Assembly: GCA_963822965.1 (NCBI GenBank)
Contig: CAWGJT010000006.1
Span: forward strand, 448,001-512,000
Direction: 5' to 3'
Origin: an uncultured delta proteobacterium
GTDB taxonomy: Bacteria > Myxococcota_A > UBA9160 > UBA4427
DNA: 64,000 nt
A program made the position numbers and the translations under genes. The notes under the pieces were generated by a model. It was given only the letters and a program-made list of their open reading frames with translations. It made no database searches and was not told the origin of the DNA. Positions 58,076 through 64,000 of this stretch are shown here, piece after piece; the stretch's first letter is position 1, and each line of letters begins with the position of its first letter.

Positions 58076-58672
58076 CTACCGGCCCGCCTGGCCGAGGGAG
58101 CCCGTCGGGCTCCCTTGGCGCCGGAACCGCAGCCGGGGATCTCCCGGGTCGCGCTCCCGGCTTCCCGGGTCCGGACGACCCCGACGTCCCCGCGCCGAGG
58201 CCGCTCCCGCCGTCGCGCCGTCCCGTGCGCGCTCGCGTCGGAGGGCGTGGAACTCCCCGGCGACGCGCAGGATGAGCTGCCGCACGAGGATCAGCATCAG
58301 CAGTCCGGCCGCGTAGCTCGTGGCGACCAGGACGGTCTGGTAGTCGTCCGCGCTCACCGCCGTCTTCGAGGCCGCCAGGCCCCACAGGTTGCGAAGGCCC
58401 CTGATCTCGAGGAATCGCCTCGCCAGCGCGCCGGCGACGAGCGCGCTGGTCCCCGCCACGGCGTTCACCAGCACCTCGTTGCCGAAGAAGGCCAGCAGGC
58501 CGCGGCGGGAGGGCAGGTGCGTATCGCGGGCGACCCTCGCACAGCTCTCGAAGCCGTCGGAGACGGCCTGCGCGAGGGGCGCGCGCCGCGCACGCGCACC
58601 GCGCCGACCGGCCGGCCGCGACAGGCCGGGGGCCGTACACGAAACGCTCTCTGCCTGGGAAGATCCCTGCAT
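58076..58672 (-). CDS. Hypothetical membrane protein
   Basis: Two hydrophobic segments in the core; start uncertain; C-terminus reads through a repeat. Confidence 0.45.
   Translation of the reverse strand: MQGSSQAESVSCTAPGLSRPAGRRGARARRAPLAQAVSDGFESCARVARDTHLPSRRGLLAFFGNEVLVNAVAGTSALVAGALARRFLEIRGLRNLWGLAASKTAVSADDYQTVLVATSYAAGLLMLILVRQLILRVAGEFHALRRERARDGATAGAASARGRRGRPDPGSRERDPGDPRLRFRRQGSPTGSLGQAGR
58088..58165 (+). repeat. Dispersed palindromic repeat, family A, copy 3
   Basis: CTGGCCGAGGGAGCCCG-T-CGGGCTCCCTTGGC hairpin, then GGAACCGC...TCCCGGGTCGCG. Confidence 0.75.
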
Positions 58673-58849
58673 GACGCTCCGACCCCGTCCCCGCGACGGG
58701 GGCTCCGGGCGGTCCGCTCGGAGCCGCACCCCCGATGATCGGCAGTGCCGGCGACGGGCTCGTGACGGATGTCACGGGATGGCCACGTCGTGCGGGTCGC
58801 GAAGCGAGGCGCGACCCCGGTCTGCCGAAACGCGCGTGACGCGTCCCGG

Positions 58850-59836
58850 CTATGCGCTCCCGAAGGTCTCGGCGATGGCCAGCAGGTTCTCCTGCACCCG
58901 CTCGGGCTTCATGCCGACGCTCGGTGAGTAGAGAAGCAGGTGGTCCGAGAGCCCCTCCCACTGGCGGATGCGGTCGCGCACCTCGTCCGGGGTACCCGCC
59001 ACGGCGATGGCGTCCACCATCTCGTCGGGCACCGCCGCCTCCATCGCCTTGAAGTCCATGCGACGGAACGCGTCCGCGATGGTCTCGCCGATGCCCCGCC
59101 AGCCGTGGACGTCGAGCACCGAGTGATAGAGGCGCGTGGTGTAGTAGAAGGCGATCTGGGCCCGGGCTTCCCGGCGCGCCTGCTCGCGGTCGCTCGAGAT
59201 GGACGTGATGACGTACGGCGCCAGCTCGCAGGCCGTCCCCTCGAGCCGCGGCAGCACCTTCTCGGCGATGTACTTGCGGGTGTAGATCGGGTGGCCGATG
59301 AGACCGTCCGCGGTGGTGGCCGCGGTGCGGATCATGTGCTTGTTGACGGCCGCCAGGTAGATCGGGATCCGCTCCCGGGGCGCGCCCGGCCGCGCGTACT
59401 GGGGGATCTTCACCTGGTAGTACTTGCCCTCGTAGCGCAGGCCGCCGCCCTTCTGGGCCGCGAAGGCGGCGCGGATCAGCTCGATGGCCTCGCGCATGCG
59501 CGGCGCCGGCGGATCGTCGAAGGGCATCGAGTACCAGTTGACGTTCATCGATCGGGTGCCGCTGCCGAGGCCGAGGATGACCCGGCCGTTCGAGATCTCG
59601 TCCAGGTCCATGGCCGCCGAGGCGGCGAGCATCGGAGTGCGCATGAACGCATAGGCGATGGCGGTGCCCACCTTCACGCGCTCGGTGGCCGCAGCCACCG
59701 CACCCAGGCGCACGAAGCCGTGCTGGTGGAAGAACTCGAGGGTCCACACCGAATGGAAGCCGTGGCGCTCGGCGGCCCGGGCCGCCGCGATCTGGTCGGC
59801 GATCGAGGCGGCCGTGAGGATCATTCCGTAACGCAT
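58850..59836 (-). CDS. LLM-class flavin/F420-dependent oxidoreductase
   Basis: GFHSVWTLE, GTAI, SNGRVILGLGSG, IPIYLAA, ADG. Confidence 0.9.
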   Translation of the reverse strand: MRYGMILTAASIADQIAAARAAERHGFHSVWTLEFFHQHGFVRLGAVAAATERVKVGTAIAYAFMRTPMLAASAAMDLDEISNGRVILGLGSGTRSMNVNWYSMPFDDPPAPRMREAIELIRAAFAAQKGGGLRYEGKYYQVKIPQYARPGAPRERIPIYLAAVNKHMIRTAATTADGLIGHPIYTRKYIAEKVLPRLEGTACELAPYVITSISSDREQARREARAQIAFYYTTRLYHSVLDVHGWRGIGETIADAFRRMDFKAMEAAVPDEMVDAIAVAGTPDEVRDRIRQWEGLSDHLLLYSPSVGMKPERVQENLLAIAETFGSA

Positions 59837-59864
59837 GAGCACCTCTTGCCCGAACGGGGCGTCG

Positions 59865-61085
59865 TCAGGGTCTGGCCGGACCGCGGTTCGCCGCGGCGTC
59901 CCGGGGCAGCCCGAGCCCGCGCTCGCCGATCACGTTCCGCTGGATGTTGCGCGTGCCGCCGGCGATGGAGCCGCCCAGAGAGCTCATGGTGGCCGTCACC
60001 CAGGCGCGGTTGTCGCGGGGCCCGGAACCGCCCGGCTCGGCCCGCTCGCCGGCCATGAGCAGGCCGTCGTCTCCCAGCAGGTCCAGCGCGATCTTCGCCT
60101 GCAGGTCGGCGATGTCGTTGCCGACGAGCTTGTTCATCAGGGTGATGATGCCGTTCGACTGTCCCCGGGCGTCGCGGCTGAGCTGGCGATACCCCGAGTA
60201 CTGGTGCGCGAGCACGTAGCCCTCCAGGGCGGCGATGCGCTGGCGGAACGTCGGGTGCTCGAGGGCCGGACGACCGTCCACCACGGAGCGCTTCGCGAGC
60301 CGCACCAGCGCCTCGAAAGCGGCGGTGGTGTTGGCCGCGTTGCCGATGGAGTTGCGCTCGTGCTTGAGGGTGGTGCGCGAGACGCTCCAGCCCTCGCCGC
60401 GCCGGCCGACGATCCAGTCGGCCGGCGTGCGCACGTCCGTCAGGAACACCTCGTTGAACGTGGAGCCGCCCGTCATCTGACGCAGGGGGCGCACCTCGAC
60501 GCCCGGCTGGTGCATGTCGATCAGCAGGTAGGAGATGCCCGCGTGCTTCGGGGCCTCGGGCTCGGTGCGCGTGAGGCAGAACATGTAGTCGGCCCGGTCG
60601 GCGCCGCTCGTCCAGATCTTCTGCCCGTCGATTCGCCACTCGTCGCCCACCCGCTCGCCCCGGGTCTTGAGGGAGGCGAGGTCGCTGCCCGAGCCGGGCT
60701 CGCTGTAGCCCTGGCACCAGACGACCCGGCCAGTGATGGTGTCGCGGACCCACTTCTCCTTCTGCCACTCGGCGCCGCGCTCGAGCAGGGTGGGCACCAG
60801 CATGGACGGGCCGATGCCGCGCACCTCGCCGGGCGCGCGGGCGGCCGCGAACTCCTCCCGCAGGACCTGGGCGGCGAGCACGTCGGACTCCTGCTCCGAG
60901 CCGCCGTACTTCTTCGGGATGTGCCGGCACAGGTAGCCGCACTCGATGGCGCGCTCGCGGAAGAGCACCCTCTGCGCCGGCCGATCCAACCGGGCCTCGT
61001 CCCCCGACAGCGGCCAGTTGGCGGACAGGAAGTCGCGCACCTCGGCGCGGAAGCGCTCGTACTCCGCGCCGTAGCTCAGGTCCAT
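59865..61085 (-). CDS. Acyl-CoA dehydrogenase
   Basis: WCQGYSEPGSGSDLASL, GQKIWTS, FNEVF, IAGGTRNIQRNVIGER. Confidence 0.93.
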   Translation of the reverse strand: MDLSYGAEYERFRAEVRDFLSANWPLSGDEARLDRPAQRVLFRERAIECGYLCRHIPKKYGGSEQESDVLAAQVLREEFAAARAPGEVRGIGPSMLVPTLLERGAEWQKEKWVRDTITGRVVWCQGYSEPGSGSDLASLKTRGERVGDEWRIDGQKIWTSGADRADYMFCLTRTEPEAPKHAGISYLLIDMHQPGVEVRPLRQMTGGSTFNEVFLTDVRTPADWIVGRRGEGWSVSRTTLKHERNSIGNAANTTAAFEALVRLAKRSVVDGRPALEHPTFRQRIAALEGYVLAHQYSGYRQLSRDARGQSNGIITLMNKLVGNDIADLQAKIALDLLGDDGLLMAGERAEPGGSGPRDNRAWVTATMSSLGGSIAGGTRNIQRNVIGERGLGLPRDAAANRGPARP

Positions 61086-61114
61086 TCGGCCCCCTCGAAT
61101 GCGGTCGTGGATGA

Positions 61115-61145
61115 TTAGGGGTCCTAACCAGCTGCTAGAGTTCTA
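61115..61145. promoter_or_regulatory. Candidate operators in the divergent promoter region
   Basis: TTAGG-ggt-CCTAA (61115-61127) and TAGA-gt-TCTA (61136-61145). Confidence 0.45.
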
Positions 61146-61207
61146 CCCCCATCCCGGCTGACGGGCAACCGGGAACCGACGCGAAGCGGACAGAGGAGAG
61201 ACGAGCC

Positions 61208-61651
61208 ATGGCGGAACGCCGCCCCCTCCCGGAGCCCACCCCGGAGACCCGGCACTTCTGGGACGGCACGCGCGCGGGCCAGCTACGGCTCCAGCGCTGC
61301 CAGGCTTGTGCGCACGTCTACTTTCCGCCGCGTCCGTTCTGCGCGAAGTGCGGCTCGCGGTCCGTCGCGGTCTTCCGGGCCAGCGGCCGGGGCACCCTCC
61401 ACAGCTACGTCATCAACCAGCGCGCGATGCCGGGCTCGGGCTTCGAGGCGCCGTACGCCATTGCGGTCGTCGCCCTCGAGGAGGGCCCCCGCATGATGTC
61501 GAACATCGTCGGATGCCCGCAGACCCCCGAGGCGCTCATCCTCGACATGCCGCTCGAGGTGGTCTTCGAGCCCGTCAACGACGAGATCTCGCTGCCCCTC
61601 TTCCGCCCGGTGCCGCTGGCGGCCAGCCTCGGTGGCGTGGTGGCCGCGTGA
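61208..61651 (+). CDS. Zn-ribbon/OB-fold protein (DUF35)
   Basis: FW.G...G.L.LQRC..C...FPPR.FC..CGS, L.EGPRM. Confidence 0.92.
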   Translation: MAERRPLPEPTPETRHFWDGTRAGQLRLQRCQACAHVYFPPRPFCAKCGSRSVAVFRASGRGTLHSYVINQRAMPGSGFEAPYAIAVVALEEGPRMMSNIVGCPQTPEALILDMPLEVVFEPVNDEISLPLFRPVPLAASLGGVVAA

Positions 61652-62790
61652 AGCCGGGAAGCGTCGCCATCGTCGGCGCGGCCGAGACGACCGAGCTCGG
61701 CCGCATTCCGGACCTGTCGGTCCTGCAGCTGCACGCGGACGCCGCCCTGAACACGCTGGCGGACGCGGGGCTCTCGCCCGCGGACATCGACGGCGTGGGC
61801 ACGGCGGGCGTCTCCCCCACCGAGATCGCCTACTACCTGGGCATCGAGCCCACCTGGGTCGACGGCACCATGGTGGGGGGCTGCTCGTTCATGCTGCTGG
61901 TGCGCCACGCCGCCGCCGCCATTCGCGAGGGCCTCTGCCGTACGGTCCTCATCACCCACGGCGAGAGCGGGAAGTCGCGGGTCGGCGCGGCGCGACGCGC
62001 GCTCTCCCCCACCTCGCTGCAGGGCCAGTTCGAGGCGCCGTACGGCCCGGCGGGACCGACCACCCTGTTCACGATTCCGGCGCTCCGCTACATGAAGGAC
62101 TTCGGGCTGACGGAGGAGAAGCTCGCCTACGTGGCCGTGGTCCAGCGCGAGTGGGCCGCGAAGAACCCGCGCGCGAGCTTCCAGGACCCCATCACCGTCG
62201 AAGACGTCCTGGGCTCGCGCATGATCGCCTACCCGTTCCGCCTGCTGATGTGCTGCCTGGTGACCGACGGCGGCGGCGCCCTCATCCTGACGTCCGCCGA
62301 GCGGGCGAAGGACTTCCCGCGTCCCCCGATCTACGTCCTGGGCACCGGCGAGAGCGTCGAGACGCCGATGGTGAGCCAGATGGAGGACCTCACCACGTCG
62401 AAGGCCTTCCGCATCTCCGGCCGCAAGGCCTTCGAAGAGGCCGGCATTCGCCACGACGACGTCGATCACCTGATGATCTACGACGCCTTCGCGCACCTGC
62501 CCATCTACGGCCTGGAAGACCTGGGCTTCGTGGGCCGCGGCGAGGCCGCCGACTTCATCTGGGAGCGCAACACCGCGATCGGCGGTCGCCTGCCGCTCAA
62601 CACGAACGGCGGCGGTCTCTCCTACATGCATTCGGGGATGTACGGCATGTACGCCCTGCAGGAGTCGGTGCGGCAGCTGCGCGGCGTCGCCCCCGCGCAG
62701 GTCCCCGACGCGAAGATCTCCATCGCCCACGGCGTGGGCGGCATGTTCGCGGCCTCGGGAACCATCGTGCTGGGAAACGAGGTGCCCTGA
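61648..62790 (+). CDS. SCP-x/Ltp2-type thiolase-family protein
   Basis: NPRA, CCLVTDGGGA, IYDAF, EDLGF, NTNGGGLS; GTGA overlap with DUF35. Confidence 0.9.
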   Translation: MKPGSVAIVGAAETTELGRIPDLSVLQLHADAALNTLADAGLSPADIDGVGTAGVSPTEIAYYLGIEPTWVDGTMVGGCSFMLLVRHAAAAIREGLCRTVLITHGESGKSRVGAARRALSPTSLQGQFEAPYGPAGPTTLFTIPALRYMKDFGLTEEKLAYVAVVQREWAAKNPRASFQDPITVEDVLGSRMIAYPFRLLMCCLVTDGGGALILTSAERAKDFPRPPIYVLGTGESVETPMVSQMEDLTTSKAFRISGRKAFEEAGIRHDDVDHLMIYDAFAHLPIYGLEDLGFVGRGEAADFIWERNTAIGGRLPLNTNGGGLSYMHSGMYGMYALQESVRQLRGVAPAQVPDAKISIAHGVGGMFAASGTIVLGNEVP

Positions 62791-62818
62791 CGAAGACGAA
62801 GACGAAGGAGGAGGAACC

Positions 62819-63736
62819 ATGGGCCGACTGGACGGACGCGTCGCCGTCGTCACGGGTGCGGGACGGGGCATCGGCGCCTCGCTGGCGCGCATCATGGCCG
62901 CCGAGGGCTGCGCGGTGCTCGTGAACGACCTGGGCGTCTCGCTGGAAGGCAGCGGAGAGGACGCCGCACCCGCCGAGCAGGTGGTGCAGGAGATCGTGGC
63001 CGCCGGCGGGGTCGCACGGGCGAGCTTCGCCGACGTGGCGGACCACCACGCGGCGCTCGGCATCGTCGAGACGGCCGTCGAGGAGTTCGGCCAGCTGGAC
63101 GTGCTGGTCAACGTGGCGGGCATCCTGCGCGACCGAATGATCTTCAACATGAGCGAGGAGGAGTGGGACGCGGTCGTCCGGGTGCATCTCAAGGGCACCT
63201 TCAACACCTGCAAGCACGCCTCGGTGTACTGGCGCAAGGAGCGCCGCGGCCAGTACCGCATCGTCAACTTCACGTCGGGATCGGGCCTGCACGGCGCGCC
63301 CGGCCAGCCCAACTACGCCGCCGCCAAGCTCGGCATCGTGGGACTGACCTACTCCCTGGCGAACGCCCTGGGCGCCTACGGGGTGACCGCCAACGCCATC
63401 GCCCCGGGCGCCGCCACGCGCATGACGGCCTCGATTCCCGACGAGCGCCGGCGCAACCTGGGCATCACCCAGGACGATCCCCGCCGCTCCCCGGACAACA
63501 TCGCTCCGCCGGTGGTGTACCTGGCGAGCACCGCGTCCGACTGGCTCACCGGCCGGGTGATCGGCGCCTCGGGCTATCGCATCTCGCTCTACAGCAACCC
63601 CGAGGTGATCCGCGAGATCTCGTCGCCCGTGCCCTGGAGCCTGGACGACGCCTTCGCGCACATGGAGCGCGCGTTCCGCCCCGCCGTGGAGGGCCGCCGG
63701 GGCTTCGGCGCGCCGGGCAGGCCGAGCCGGGTCTGA
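62819..63736 (+). CDS. SDR family dehydrogenase (hydroxyacyl-CoA dehydrogenase-like)
   Basis: TGAGRGIG, VNDLG, NVAGILRD, YAAAK. Confidence 0.92.
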   Translation: MGRLDGRVAVVTGAGRGIGASLARIMAAEGCAVLVNDLGVSLEGSGEDAAPAEQVVQEIVAAGGVARASFADVADHHAALGIVETAVEEFGQLDVLVNVAGILRDRMIFNMSEEEWDAVVRVHLKGTFNTCKHASVYWRKERRGQYRIVNFTSGSGLHGAPGQPNYAAAKLGIVGLTYSLANALGAYGVTANAIAPGAATRMTASIPDERRRNLGITQDDPRRSPDNIAPPVVYLASTASDWLTGRVIGASGYRISLYSNPEVIREISSPVPWSLDDAFAHMERAFRPAVEGRRGFGAPGRPSRV

Positions 63737-63787
63737 ACGCAGCGGTCGACACCGGCTTCGCGGGCGCCCCCGGCAAACCGGCCGTCT

Positions 63788-64000
63788 CTAGCCGCTTCGG
63801 ATGAAGCGATCGAAGATCGAGGGAAGGCGGTGCTTGACGAGCACCAGCACGGCGAAGAGGAAGAGCTCCTCGACCAGGAACTGGAACCCGCCGAGCAGCC
63901 CCACGACCACCAGCCCCCCCTGGATCCCGGAAGCCCAGACGAAGTCCTGCAGCTGATCCCGGCAGATGTCGCAGACGGGAATGCGGAAGAGCCGCACACC
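63788..64000 (-). CDS. Hypothetical membrane protein (3' part only)
   Basis: Open frame from the window edge: CDIC motif followed by two hydrophobic stretches. Confidence 0.5.
   Translation of the reverse strand, partial: GVRLFRIPVCDICRDQLQDFVWASGIQGGLVVVGLLGGFQFLVEELFLFAVLVLVKHRLPSIFDRFIRSG

Noticed and set aside
61115..61127. DtxR/IdeR iron box
   Set aside because: Only a 13-bp partial resemblance to the 19-bp consensus, and the flanking genes are not iron-related. Kept as a generic operator candidate.
62789..62815. GACGAA x3 microsatellite before the SDR
   Set aside because: Too short; merges into a purine-rich RBS.

Overview
Very GC-rich (roughly 70% by eye), gene-dense bacterial chromosomal segment. 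Gene content (glnS, exosortase, PilZ, Gld-like ABC system, many lipid/steroid-type catabolic genes, LLM oxidoreductases) suggests a Myxococcota/deltaproteobacterium-like organism; this is an inference. About 55 CDSs are supportable, mostly acyl-CoA and lipid metabolism, envelope modification, transport and regulation. One complete IS1380-family element (42085-43614) has 16-bp perfect terminal IRs and is flanked by CTAG. At least three families of short palindromic intergenic repeats are anchored at CTAG/CTGG-like tetramers, one of which shares the IS1380 termini. The most interesting signals are: (1) an unannotated leader peptide plus terminator/antiterminator upstream of an ABC transporter/DUF1854 pair; (2) a ferritin-like gene pair (complete diiron subunit plus ligand-less paralog) divergent from a P450; (3) a tandem, highly structured 209-bp MITE-like element with IS1380-like ends; (4) a PTPS-III next to a strongly divergent DHPS-like gene. 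Two adjacent amidohydrolase genes (17.2-19.0 kb) are broken by a deletion and frameshifts. I saw no rRNA, tRNA or CRISPR array. Family assignments come from motifs recognised by eye; no searches were run.
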